The notes: generated by a model not told the origin, from the letters alone. DNA of 64,000 nt from Octopus sinensis (GCF_006345805.1 NC_042999.1:110546001-110610000); one strand, 5' to 3'. Shown: positions 36,327-50,229, numbered from the stretch's first letter. Translations and numbers: made by a program.

Positions 36327-37152
36327 TAGGGTACAGTGAAGAATTTGTTGTCTAAATATGCAATAATGAAAATAACATCTCGTTTAAACAGATTATTTAC
36401 CAAAGTTACATAAAAATATCTTGAAATACTTAAGAGTAAATTTATCAAATAAAATCGCCATTCGTTTCAACCTCAGCCTACAGACGACTTCGGAATCTCC
36501 TGCAACGCTTCTGGATGGTCTCTTTGTTTAAGTTGGTGAATGCTGCCATAATCCTTGCCTTCAGTTTATCTTTGGTGTTACAAGGAGTTTTGTTCGTCTC
36601 TCGCTCAACTGCACCCCAAGCATAATAATCAAGGGGGTTGTAGTCTGGGGAGTTAGGTGGCCAGATGTTAGGGGTGATGTGGTCGCAGAAATTATCTGAC
36701 AGCTATGACTGGGTTCTCCTACTTGTGTAGCATGGTGCAGAGTCCTGTTGCCAGACATAGGGTCTTCTAGTAGCTACCCATTTCATCCAGGGCAGCACTA
36801 TCTCCTCCAGGCACTTGATGTAGGCCTGTGTTTTGAGACTCCAACCACCATGATGTTGACTAGATGTTTGATTTTTATCACTCTTGGCTCATGTCCTCAG
36901 ATTGCACTGTCCTCAGAATGACAACCAAACACTCTGAAATGTTCATATTGGAGCTTCTAGTGTGAATGCCAAGCAGTATGGCATGTCGTTTCCAAATTTC
37001 TGGCACAGTGAATTGCATTATGCTGGTCTTTTTCTCACAGATGGTGCCCTACTGACCCTACTCTACTGTGTAGTCACCAAAATAAAAAACAAACAATGCA
37101 AATGTGTGGAATCAGAAATATAAAATGGCGACAATTTACCCATCGTAATCTG
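36327..37152 (-). mobile_element. Tc1/mariner DD37D (maT) element, internally deleted
   Basis: QQDSAP...IWPPNSPDYNPLDYYAWGAVE. Degenerate TIRs and TA flanks. Homologous to 19220-19916. Confidence 0.85.
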
Positions 37153-37341
37153 TATATATATGTTTACAGCTTGTTAACTACATTATAATTTTCATAATTT
37201 GTTGAACACTTTTGGTGAAATATATACCCTGCTACAACAAATTATGGTGTATCCTGTGGAGTTTGTATGTGTTTTGTTACCTATCTATCTGTGTGTGTGT
37301 GTGTATATATGCTCACACACACACGAATAAACATATTTCAT

Positions 37342-37372
<31 letters not shown>

Positions 37373-37533
37373 CACATACACACACATCCATATATACATA
37401 TAATTGTCTATGGGTGAGTTTGTACTTATATATATACATAAAAGCATACATACATACATGTGTACACACACACACACATATATAGATAGATAGATATACA
37501 TATATTTACATGCATATATGCACATGCATGCAT

Positions 37534-37579
<46 letters not shown>

Positions 37580-38112
37580 CACACACTTCATTCCTTCATT
37601 CCAGCATATAATTTGATAGGTTGATGATGATAGTTGCTGTTTAGCAAATGAGGAATCTCCTAAAAGCCATCGACGAAAATCTTAAACATTCATTTATTTA
37701 CTGTGTTGCCATCTTTTTGTTTTTGCTTCATTCTTGGAAGATTTCAATAAGAGATCAAGGTAGGTGTGTCTGTATATTTGTGTGAATGTGTGCTCAAGAA
37801 GGCTTGAAAAGGACTATATTTATGTTTTATATTGTTGTTATGTAATTTTAGTTAATTTTACATGTATGTTTACATATATATTTTTATTCTATTTTATTTT
37901 TTGAGTTCTTTATTTTATATTTTCTTTCTCTTTTTTTCTTCTTTTTTTCGCTTCTTCTTAATGGTAGTCGCTTCTTTATTTTCCTACAACTTTTCCGTTT
38001 AGACTACAGAACAAGCCTTCCACTCTCACCTCTTTCCACCCATTCTTTGTTTCTCGTTGATTTTAGCTAATGCTATATTTGTTTTATTTACATTTGTTAT
38101 TATTTATCTATT

Positions 38113-38146
<34 letters not shown>

Positions 38147-38691
38147 TATTTATACTTTTTTTCCTTTCTTGCTTAAGCTTTCAATAATTAATTCTATTCT
38201 AAGGTTTTGTTTGTCATCAGCAACAATTCCAAAAGATCGCTCTCAGACACTTACTTTCTTTCCTGTATAGTGCGGAGATTTCTGTTTCTTTTTTTTTTTT
38301 CCTTTCTTCTTCAGAATCTCAGAGAAGAATATTCAAGATTTTAGCTTTCTTACAGCTTAGCTTTTCCTCAAGCTTCATCAACACATAAAACAAAATAACG
38401 AGTCAGAATACCATAATGTCTCTTGGTTTCTAAGCACAGAACTGCCTCAATTAAGAGGAAATAGGTCATTTTGTACAGCACAACAATCAATGGCATACAT
38501 TAAACACATCACATCTACAATTTGTATTTTTGAGCTTTGATAATTAAAACATTTTTCTGATAAATATTCTTAATGATTTCTACTTTCTTCAACTTATTTA
38601 AATTTAAATAATTTCCTTTCCTTTGTATTTCTTTCTTTCTTTCTCCCTTCCTTTCTACATTTCTCTCTTAATTTTGGTGCTGTTGTTCTTC

Positions 38692-38747
<56 letters not shown>

Positions 38748-39424
38748 TCATAATAGTAATAATAATAACAACAACAACACCGACAACAATAATAATAATG
38801 GTCACCATTATTATTATTGTTATCATCATCATTTTGAAGTTGTTATTTTCGTGACATTTCTTTACTGCCTCAACTTTATATTTTGCAATTACTTAACATT
38901 AATCATTTGTTTCAAATGGAAAGGACAAATGCTCAATAATGATAATAATGATAATAATAATTGTTGTAGTCAGTCATTAACATCATTATCAACTTCCTCA
39001 TCACCACCTTCATTCTTAATAATATTCATCATCATCATCATCGTGATCAAAAGGAAACTGAAGGTAAAATTTTCAAATAAAATATTATTAAAAGCATTTT
39101 ACCAAGAGAAGATCAATGTTTTAATTTACATGAGAAAAACACATCTCTGCCACACATGCAGACACAATTACTCACACATGCACACACACACACACAGACA
39201 CAGACACACAGACACACAGACACACACACACACACACACACACAGGAATATGCATATACATGCATACCCAGCAACCTACAAATATACATACATACATAAG
39301 TAAATACATACACACATAGATATACATACATGTATATCCACACAAATACATGTACAAACATATGTATTGTGACACAAAAATAATCATTAATTAAGTTCAC
39401 AATCATAATAACATGCATGCACAA

Positions 39425-39460
<36 letters not shown>

Positions 39461-40179
39461 TGAACACAAAACATACATAAATATCTATGCACCAGGGACT
39501 CATGTTTCTACTCCATAGATGCTCATTATATATGCACATATACACATAAACATGCACGTTCACTATTACACATAAGCACACATCAATGAACATACTAATT
39601 TCAAAATGATCTTCCAGAACACAGACATCTTTAAGCATCAGGGTAAATTCTCCTGAATTCTTTTCTTTTAATTAGTCAGTCAGTGGTCCTGTAATTTGCA
39701 GTACCTTCTAAGACTTGTGGAATCAACAAGTTTGAGACCCACCTTTAATTTCTGTGGGTCAAAATTTACAAGAAAAACATTGGTCTCATTCCAATGTTTG
39801 CAACAAAGAAAACTTTTCAAAGAAACCCAGTCGCTAAAGATATATAATAATATGAATAAAGGATTACATAACTGAACACAATTGTAAGATATTAGACATT
39901 ATGAGAACCAATTTGAAATAGGTGTATTAATGAAGTTATAAATCCGTAGTTTGCCAGACAGGAACATTGCTAATTACAATATAGAATACCTACTAATCAC
40001 TCTCTGTCTTAAATTATTTCTGCTGCTTTTTTTTTCATTGTCTTATTTATATTTCCATGAGATAATTAATCAGTTACTTAGCATAGCAGGATAAATTATA
40101 ACTCCGCAAATGAATATCATTTATTATATATACTAATGTATCATCAAATGGCATTTATAATATTTAATATTACTTTCTT

Positions 40180-40928
40180 TAAGGTAGCAAGGTGGTACAA
40201 TTTTTAGAGGTGCTTGGCAATATGCTCAGTAGAATTTTGTTCATTTTTATGTTCTGAGTTCAAATTCCACTGAGGTTGTCTTTCCCTTTCATATTTTCAG
40301 GTTTGATGAAATAAGTACTAATTGATGAGGGTGGTGAGCTGGCAGAATCATTAGCATGCTAAGGTGGTGATCTGGCAGAAACGTTAGCATGCCAGACGAA
40401 AAGCGATATTTCATCTGCCATTAGGTTCTGAGTTCAAATTCTGTTGTGATTGACTTTGCCTTTCATCCTTTCGAGGTCGATAAGTTAAGTACCGTTACAC
40501 ACTGGGGTCGATGTAATTGACTTAATCCCTTTATCTGTCCTTGTTTGTTCCCTCTATGTTTAGCCCCTTGTGGGCAATAAACAAATAAGAAACATTAGCA
40601 CGCCGGCCGAAATGCTTGGCGGCATTTCATCTGTCTTTATGTTCTGAGTTCAAATTCTACCAAGGTTGACCTTGCCTTCCATCCTTTTGGGGTCGAGAAA
40701 TTAAGTACCAGTCGCATATTGAGTCGATCTAATCGACTGGCTCCCTCCCCTCCAAATTTTGGGCCTTGTGCCTAGTGTAGAAAAAAGTATCATTAGCATG
40801 CTGGGCATTTCTGAGTTCAATTTCTGCTGAGGTTGACTTAGCCTTTCATCCTTTTGGGGTCGATGGAATAAGTACCAGCTGAGCACTCCCCTGAAATTGC
40901 TGACCCTGTGCCAAAATTTGAATCCAAT
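40180..40928 (+). mobile_element. Nested and tandem cluster of SINE family A copies
   Basis: Heads at about 40180, 40330 and 40360, with body restarts at 40588 and 40790. Confidence 0.85.
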
Positions 40929-41287
40929 ATTGCTTTCCTTAGAAATCCCTTGTTCATTCATTCATAATAACTATAAAATAATTAAATGCTTTTCCCTAGA
41001 AAAGTTCATTGAAACTGGTGAGGTTTTATGTAGCCAATCAAACCAATCATTGCTATGCAGTGGAATGATTCTACTACATAACCAGGTACTATATCTGATG
41101 CCCAGCCAATGGCTGTTTAAAATCACAAAGAGAAATAAGCATCATTTTAATTTCAGTTTCTAATTCTGGATAAGGATTAAATTTTTCCTGTCATTAATAT
41201 ACTATAATTTTCTCATATAAAATCTATCATTTTTTAAACTTTTCCTACTGTTTTTACAGAGTAAAATAGTACACTTTATATTTTTTT

Positions 41288-41646
41288 CTAATGCAGAATT
41301 GCACCTCACCTGGAAAAATGCATTTTCTTGAAAAATGCTTTTCGGTTTCCTACGTTTTAGATGTCAGAGATTATGAATATGCCCCATACAAACACCTTTT
41401 TTAATTTTCACCCCACCCTTCTTTCCCCTCCCCCCAATTTAAAATTTTGAAGTTTTTCTGAAACTTTGTTTTAAGACCTCCTTTTCCAAATTTAAAATGT
41501 CCACCACAACCTCCCCTTACTCCATTTCTGATTTTTTTTCAACAAGTTCCTATGTTTTCGATGATGAAGAATTTTGAATATGCAAGAAACCACGTTTTCT
41601 AAATTTTAAATTCTATAAGCACATAGATATGTGTATAAAGAGATAA

Positions 41647-41689
<43 letters not shown>

Positions 41690-42442
41690 TGAATAAACGG
41701 ATAGGGAGAAATAGATAGACAGACAAATAAACAAATGGATGAAAAAGTTAAAAATTTAAACTTGGAGGAGGAGTAAAATTTGGGTCCCTTATTAAACTTT
41801 ATATCATTAATTATCAAACATATTAATATTTGTTGTGTCTGGGGAGAGTCATTCTCTTTTAGTGCCTTATTATTTAACACACTCACTGGTAAAATTTCCA
41901 CTTCTTTCTTTTTTTTTTCTAAAATTTTCGTTGTGTCTTGCAACCTTTTCAATAGTCTTGACTCTGTCAGTTATGGACAGAGTCAAGACTATTGAAAAGG
42001 TTGCAAGACAACGAAAAGTTTAGAAAATAAAAATAAGAAATAAGTGGAAATTTTACCGGTGAGTGTGTTAAATTATAAGGCACCAAAAGAGAATGACTCT
42101 CCCTAGACACAACAGAATATGCTTCAACACATGAACTCATATAAAGAATCTTGCAAACCAAATCCAAAAACGAAATATATTGTTTGTTTCTCATAAAATG
42201 GTGTATATTTAATTTACACTTAATTATTAATTACAATTATTTAAGGCAAACACATGTAGAATGCAAATTTTTTTCACTTTAATGTTTTTGCCTATATTTA
42301 ATTTCGATTTGCATATGTTCATCAATTTACTATAATCTCTTTAAAGTAAACAAAATCAATTTTAGACAGCTAAAACATAGGAACCAGAAAAAGTTTTTTT
42401 AAAAAAATGCATTTTTCCAGGAGAGGTGCAATTCTGCAGTAG
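41288..42442. mobile_element. Non-autonomous TIR element (unclassified) with an internal long hairpin
   Basis: ~50-bp imperfect TIRs CTA(A/C)TGCAGAATTGCACCTC(A/T)CCTGGAAAAATGCATTTT. Internal (ATAG)n. Inverted repeat at 41826-41968 / 41976-42120. No TSD recognised. Confidence 0.75.
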
Positions 42443-43872
42443 CCTGTCTTTTTTTATACTTTACATGGAAAAAGATTTATTCATTATTCAATGTAAAGCA
42501 TAAGATGAAAGTTCAAATCTTGTTAATGTTATCATTGTTCTCTTTCTTCATTTCCATTTGTTCTAGGGCTATTTTCCAAACAACCATTTTCTTTTCTCCC
42601 ACTGTTACTTGTATACACAACTATCTCAGTCAAAAAGACTTACACTGTTCTATATCTTTGTAACTTTTTCCTCTCTTCCATTTGTGGCACCTGGAAGAGG
42701 TAACTATTTTTCATATCGTTTTTTTTAAGATAGCATCTTAACAAAAATGTTCTGGAAAATAATTATTCATTGTACGTAATTTATATCATTTTAAGATATT
42801 TTCAAATATTTGTTTACTGTCCCATTGTCGTTCATCTTTACTACACCATTTCTATAGCGTTTTCCAAAACTTTTCTGGCACACTTCAGTTAGCAATACCA
42901 TTGTTAATGTGCTGAAATTATAATGATCCTTACATAACGACTGATGAAGGGAAATCTGTGTCCATATTTGAGTTTTCCAGATCCTACTAATTTGATTTGT
43001 ACCCTAACCCTGCATATGCATATGTGCATGTGTGTGTGTGTGTGTGTGTGTGCTTAGCTATTTTCTGATATACTGTGTGATAAAAGGCATAAACTTTGAT
43101 GAAAAGCATAGAAAATCCAGTGCTTTACAAAGTTCTTTGAGATATTTGTTTTGCACAGGATCAGGCACTCTCTTATCTTTCTGGCCACCACCAGTAATGC
43201 AGTGAACCAGTGATTGATTTGTAAGAAACTCATAAACACACATTGCAATATTAAATAACTAAACAATTCTATAGATAAAATAATCTTTGCTGCCATTTTT
43301 AACAGAGTCACAAAAACACATTTATATATATGTATGTATGCTTCTATCTGTTCTTTTTCCATGCCTTTGTCTCTCCCTCTCTGCATTCACATACACACCC
43401 TTACACAAACAAGCACACCGTGTATCTGTGTGTACACATTTATATATGTATCATTGTGTGTGTGTGTGTGTGTTAATTCTTTTAACTCAAACAATATGTA
43501 TAAATAAATATACTAATAAATTTTCACTACAATGTTTACCTGTCACAGCACTAATCACAGAATCCATCTTGAATACATTGGAAACCTTTATTTGGCAGCA
43601 ATTCCTCTCTATTTCTTGTTTAACTCAATGAAATGGCGAAAGGAACAGTAAATATTTACACAAAACTGAGAAAATAATTTATATTTTGTTTTGTGCTGAT
43701 TTAATTATTATTTTTCTGGAAATTTGAAACATTTGTTAATGAAGAATGCAAACAAATATAACATTCAAATGAATAATGATTTTAGTTTGGTTAGGAACAA
43801 GTTCTTAGATTCACAAGAAATGATATGATGTATTGTGATCTTTATGCCTTTCTAACTAAGGGATTCAATAGT

Positions 43873-44311
43873 TTAACCCTTTAGCATTCAGATTACTCTG
43901 TCAAATGTAATGCTCATTTCTTCACATTGTTTTGAATTAATTACATGTCATCTTGCAGCTTTGAAATTTTGATGATGTGATTTTGATGGTTTCAGAATGA
44001 CATTGTAGGGCAGATGTAGTCAGTTTGAACATAAAACAGATAGAATATGTGGACCTTATATAGCTGGTTTATTTATTTACTTTTTTGAGACTGAAATTCT
44101 ATTATTTTAAACCGTAAATAGCTTCAGGTCATCACACTGTTGGTGTTGTTTTCTTCTGAATGAACAATCTTCTGTAAGTCTGGCTTTGCTTCCTTCTGGT
44201 TGACATAAAACAGCTGAACATCCAGCACACAGAACAACAGTTTGAGCATGACTGAATACTGTAGTGATTTTATATCACCATGGACATTTGAAATGCAAAC
44301 AAAAGAGTTAA
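43873..44311. mobile_element. Possible TTAA-flanked (piggyBac-like) MITE remnant
   Basis: Left end TTAA-CCCTTTAGC, and a similar end occurs at 10391. The right end (AAAAGAGTTAA) is degenerate. Confidence 0.35.
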
Positions 44312-44385
44312 AGGAACCTAAGTGTTTATAATCAATTTGGACTCAAATACAGATGGTACCTTCTGTAAACTTGAGTATGTATTCT

Positions 44386-44802
44386 TATTTCTTTATTGCC
44401 CACAAGGAGCTAAACACAGAGGGGACAAACAAGGATAAACAAAGGGATTAAGTCGATTACATCGACCTCAGTGCGTAACTGGTACTTAATTTATCGACTC
44501 CAAAAGGATGAAAGGCAAAGTCAACTTCGGTGGAATTTGAACTCAGAACATAACGGCAAACAAAATACCTATTTCTTTACTACCCACAAGGGGCTAAACA
44601 CAGAAGAGACAAACAAGGACAGACAAGCGGATTAAGTCGATTATATCAACTCCAGTGCGTAACTGGTACTTATTTAATCGACCCTGAAAGGATGAAAGGT
44701 AAAGTCGATCTCGGCGGAATTTGAACTCAGAACGTAGCGGTAGACAAAATACCGATAAGCATTTTGCCTGGTGTGCTAATGTTTCTGTCAGCTCGCCACC
44801 TT
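44386..44802 (-). mobile_element. Two tandem SINE family A copies
   Basis: Head at 44802. Two cores, each with the GGGCTAAAC..AGAGGGGACAAAC tail type. Confidence 0.85.
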
Positions 44803-45383
44803 TCTTAAGTATGTATTCTGCAATGCTTTTGCCAGCACCAACAAATATGAGTCAAAGACAATTTGCAAAATTGGGTCTGAGACTAAACCATCAATTTTGT
44901 TGCAGAAAGGGTATAGTATGGTATTTAAGTTATTGACTGCTGTTGAGATGGAAACTACAGTCAACCATGGAAGCTTTGAATTTAGAAAGTAGTTGAACAG
45001 AACTAAATACTAGGAAGGAAGTTTGCTTAAGTGTCATAAGGTTTGGGGTATAATCTATTTGCTCAAGAGAGATTGACAGATAAGTAGGAAGGAGGAAGGT
45101 AGGTATTAATCCTTTTGATATCAACCTACCCAAGACACCCATGGTTCTATATTACAATCGTTCTGTTTTAAAGTGATCTAAATTAAAATCTTCCATCAAA
45201 ATTTCGTATTAATTTATGTTCCAAACTCCAGCTTAATGATGGCAAAGCTATGTAACTAAATTATTCATGGCTTGAAAAATTAATTGAAAGAAAGGCATTG
45301 TATTTTAACAGAAATATGTTATTGGAAAGGGTGAGGTATGCATATAGATAAATAAGGTAGGTGGATACATGGATTAGTATATA

Positions 45384-45428
<45 letters not shown>

Positions 45429-45438
45429 ATATATATGT

Positions 45439-45506
<68 letters not shown>

Positions 45507-45737
45507 TGAGAACAATAGATTCAAAAAGAAAGAAGAAATCAAAGCGGGAAAGATACTGATGAAAGAAGTGGAAAGGTGATAAAAAGACAAAAAGAAAAAG
45601 AAAGGATGGTTAAAGAGAGTTACAGAAAAATTGAGAATTTAAGGAAAAAAAAAATGTACTTGTTTCATTTTTTCTATAACCTGTTTTTACTGATTCTTTA
45701 TCTCTTTTTTATGTACATCATCCTTCATCATCATTCC

Positions 45738-45768
<31 letters not shown>

Positions 45769-45810
45769 GTCATCATCATCGTCGCCATCATCATCATCAC
45801 CAGCTCCAAC

Positions 45811-45855
<45 letters not shown>

Positions 45856-46160
45856 GTCGTCGTCATCGTCGTCGTCATCATCATCATCAACTTCTTCAAT
45901 TACAAGAAATATTTTTTGGCACTTGAATTCCTTGAATTTTCTTTACTTTGCTTCCTGCTCTGCTCTTTCTCTCCTTTTTTCTTTCCTTCATTCATTCTTT
46001 CCCTCTCTTTTTTGTTTTTGATTTTCTTTATTTATCTTTCGTTTTCATTCTCTGAATGAAGAAGGTCAAAATTTAAAAAATTATGAAGGAAGATATAAAA
46101 ACATGAGGGGGGAGACAAGCGGCAACAAATTGCAGTAAATAAAAAAACATTATATGCACT

Positions 46161-46191
<31 letters not shown>

Positions 46192-46287
46192 TACTCACAC
46201 ACAACCTATATGTATATATATGTATGCATGTACGGTTACATATATATGAATATAAAAGAGTATGCACATGTGTGTGTGTGTATATAT

Positions 46288-46337
<50 letters not shown>

Positions 46338-46417
46338 CACATGTACATGGCTATATGTAGAAATCTATGTGTATTTACACGTATGTCCACACATGCATAC
46401 ATTTCATTACACATCCA

Positions 46418-46705
46418 CACACTGGGGTCGATGTAATTGACTTAATTCCTTTGTCTGTCCTTGTTTGTCCCCTCTATGTTTAGCTCCTTATGGGCAATAA
46501 AGAAATCAGAAATGTTAGCATGCCGGGCGAAATGCTTAGTGGTATTTTTTCTGTCTTTACGTTCTGAGTTCAAATTCCACCAAGGCCGACTTTGCCTTTC
46601 GTCCTTTCGGGATCAAGAAATTAAGTACCAGTTGTGTACTGTGGTCGATCTAATCAGTTGCCACCCCCCACCTTCCCAATAATTTCGGGCCTTGTAGAAA
46701 AGAAT
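46418..46705 (+). mobile_element. SINE family A tail plus restarted body
   Basis: Tail ...GGGCAATAAAGAAATC, then AGAAATGTTAGC restart at 46508. Confidence 0.8.
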
Positions 46706-47314
46706 ATATTGCCCAATCCAAAAGTGGAAACCATAATCTTACAATTATGAGTGCAACACCCTAACCACTAAGCAACATGCCTCTATGCACACACACACAC
46801 ACACACACACACACCTACACCCACAAGCACACATACACACACACAGACACACATGTATACATGAGTAATTATATGCATGTCGTATGGTGTGCATACACAC
46901 ATGAATGTGTGTGCATTTGTTTACATTTACGTTTCTTTGCAGTCATTACCTCTGTAAATGGGATGTCTACTGGCTTAACTTTTTCAAAGACATATGCAAT
47001 TAGATATACCTGATTTAGAAAACAGGTTTTAGCAGCAGAAGGGCATCCAGCTGTAAAACAAGGCTTCCATAATATACTCGTCTATGTTATGCTATCAAGG
47101 TAAAAAAGGAATAATAACAAGCAAAACAAGCATATAACCTTTACTCCATTATGAAAGAACAAAACAAAACTACAGAAAATATAAGCTTTTAATAATATTG
47201 ATAAGTGACTTGGAACGTATTCTATGGATAGAAATTTTGCTTACAAATGTACATAATGATAAAAATATGAAATGATGATGATGATGACGATGATGCAAAT
47301 AATAATAATAATAA

Positions 47315-48100
47315 ATGCCTTGATGCAATACCAGGCAGTGGTTTTCATGGCTTCTGATTGGAAGTGATATCAAGCACATATTTTTGACTTGTCATAAAAA
47401 GGTGGGCTGTAGCAAATATTCTGCTCAATACTACAGATTTCCTTGTCAGTTGCTTGAATTTAACCAGATGAGCATGTCCCTTAGTGGCTGATGATATGTG
47501 CATCGCTGATCATGAGCAGAAGTGATGGGGGAGCATCATAGTCATGTGTTGAGAGAAATTCTTTGGAGTTTGGATAATTCACCTTTGGAAACATGGATGT
47601 TTTGCTTAACATCCTTAAACAACCCTTATTCAGGGATCTTTTGAGCAGGATGAGCAACTCAAGCTGAAGAAAATTCTAACTGGGTCCCGCCTACAAAGTC
47701 GTGCTGTTTATCTTGATATGAGATCACTATGGTGCACACATATGGTTGTGATGAATGTGCCTGGTGTACCCTTATCAGATGAGTAGTCATGATGGGTATA
47801 TTAGGCTTCGTATATTTTACCCCAGTGTTACACTGATTGCATGCACTGCTCTCTCACCCAATCATAATAATCATAATAATAGTAATAACAACAACAACAA
47901 CAACCATAATAATAATAATAATAATCAGCACATTGTTTTTGTCTTGGTATAAAAGATGGGCGAAATATTCTCCTCAATACCTCAGATTTGCTTGTCAGTA
48001 GTTTGACCTTAACCAGTTGAGCATGTCCCTTAGTGGAAGATGATATGTGCATCTCTGATCCTAGTGTCATTTTATTGGCATGCACTGCTCCCTCACATAA
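47315..48100 (+). mobile_element. Unclassified (AAT)n-tailed interspersed repeat, two partial copies
   Basis: Segment CTTGTCAGT..TTAACCAG.TGAGCATGTCCCTTAGTGG and 3' end GCATGCACTGCTC.CTCAC..(AAT)n both occur twice. The same 3' end is on the minus strand at about 3395-3430. Confidence 0.55.
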
Positions 48101-48126
48101 TAATAATAATAATAATATTAATGAGG

Positions 48127-48340
48127 ATCCTTTCTACTAAAGGCACAAGGCCTGAAATTTGTGGGGAGGGGAATAGTCAATTACGTCGACCTCAGTGTTT
48201 TGCTGGTACTTAATTTATCGACCCCAAAAGGATGAAAGGCAAAGTTGACCTCCATGGAATTTGAACTCAGAACATAGAGATGGACATAAAACAGCTAAGC
48301 ATTTTGTCCAGTGTGCTAATGATTCTGCCAGCTTGACACC

Positions 48341-48342
<2 letters not shown>
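48127..48342 (-). mobile_element. SINE family A copy
   Basis: Complete head, core and tail on the minus strand. Confidence 0.85.
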
Positions 48343-48403
<61 letters not shown>

Positions 48404-48461
48404 GTAATGGTGGTGATAATGATGATAGTGATGGTAATGGTGATGATAATAACAATAATAA

Positions 48462-49077
48462 GCCGACTACGGCTGCTACAATGGTACGATTATAATTGTA
48501 ACGGCAATGATGGCCGTCTCCCCATGAGCCAATCAAAGCTAAAAAATGATAACATTATCGTAGCACCAAAATGTTTTTGGAAACTAAAAGGAAAACTAAA
48601 TCAGTATACCAAATCGCTTGTCCTATGGTTAATCTGGAAGCGCGTCCCCCAGGGAAGAGCCAGCCTGGGATCGAAAAGTCATCAACTGGCACAAACTCTT
48701 CTCCGAATACGGACATGGATGGTCACTTGAACGGGAAATCCCCCAACTCGAGCCCTCCAAGTTCACCACCACAACCACCACAGAAAGAAAAATGTAAGCG
48801 GAACAAATGGACCCGAGAAGAGTATAAAGAAGTAATATACGCTTATTACTATGCATTAGGTAGGCCATCTCAAGAGAGACACACCGCAAACTCTTACAGT
48901 ATATGGAGAACACGGAATCAAGACAGTAGGCCCTATTTAAAAAAAAAAAAAAAAAAATGAACGAACTGCTGAGTTTGGTTTAATGGCCTACCAATGTATG
49001 CTATGAGTTTCTTTGCCCTAGGAGTCGGGAAGACACTCGGCAAGAAATGGAAGCAAATTTGAAAGAAGAAAAAAAAA

Positions 49078-49078
<1 letters not shown>
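48462..49078 (+). mobile_element. R4/Dong-like element reduced to its 5' region plus a putative 3' end, within (AAT)n
   Basis: KRNKWTREEYKEVIYAYYYAL...YSIWRTRN...RPYL resembles the N-terminal Myb-like region of R4/Dong ORFs. A19 run at 48939-48957, then ~120 nt ending in an A-rich/(AAT)n tail. Confidence 0.55.
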
Positions 49079-49132
<54 letters not shown>

Positions 49133-49437
49133 TAATAATAATAATAATAATAATAACATCTTCGTATTTCATTATTATATTATTTCATTAATCCTACTGT
49201 TTTAATATATTCTTCTTAAACATACACAAAAAATACACACAAATACTATATATGTCTGTATGTACATAAGTAAGCATGTATCTATAATTTTGTGCTTCTG
49301 CACGATCTTTTGAGGTTACAAATATGTTTCCTGTTCAAAATTCACATATCATCATCATCATCATTTAAAGGCTGTTGCTTTCCATACTGGCACAGGTTGG
49401 GACAGTTTGATGGAGAGCTGGCGAGCTACAGAGCCAC

Positions 49438-49481
<44 letters not shown>

Positions 49482-49526
49482 TGTATGTATATACATATGT
49501 ATATATAATAAATCTATATATATGTA

Positions 49527-49563
<37 letters not shown>

Positions 49564-49580
49564 AAATATATATGTATGTA

Positions 49581-49657
<77 letters not shown>

Positions 49658-50229
49658 ATATAGGTTTAAATACATGTATATGTATACAATTATACATATA
49701 TATATGTATATATATATATACACACACATTTAAGCACACACACACACACAAATAAATAAAAAAGAAACTATAAATATAGAAAAGGTAAAATAGAAGACAA
49801 TTAAAAAAAATTTGAAATATTTTGTGGCAATTACAGAAGTAGATTGGATTGGTTAAGAAATGTGATCTTTTAATATTTATCTGCTTTCTGGCTCTGATAT
49901 GACAAAGTGTCATGTATCGAGTAATGATATTGACATATATATCCGATATATCTATTTTCAAAAATAACATCAATCTACGTAGAAAAGAGGAGACTATTGC
50001 AACTATGTATAAGGTGGAGAAGATGAGGTGCTTTCATACATACAGTTAATCAATATTAAATATATTATAAACAAATAAACATAACTTAAATATCTAAAAT
50101 GGGAAAATATAATTTAAGTAAAAAACACAACAAAAGATAAATAAAATAATAACATATCAACAACAACAACAGCAAAAGAATGATGATAAAGATAATAAAA
50201 CAATAAAAATATACCCCTCACTGCACATA

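Noticed and set aside
42925-42975. CTGATGA-AGGG hammerhead start
   Set aside because: There is no closing stem II strand or GAAA downstream. At most a heavily decayed remnant.
48462-48560. HDV-like ribozyme at the 5' end of the R4-like element
   Set aside because: ACGGCT/GGCCGT could pair, but P1.1, P3 and J4/2 could not be assigned.
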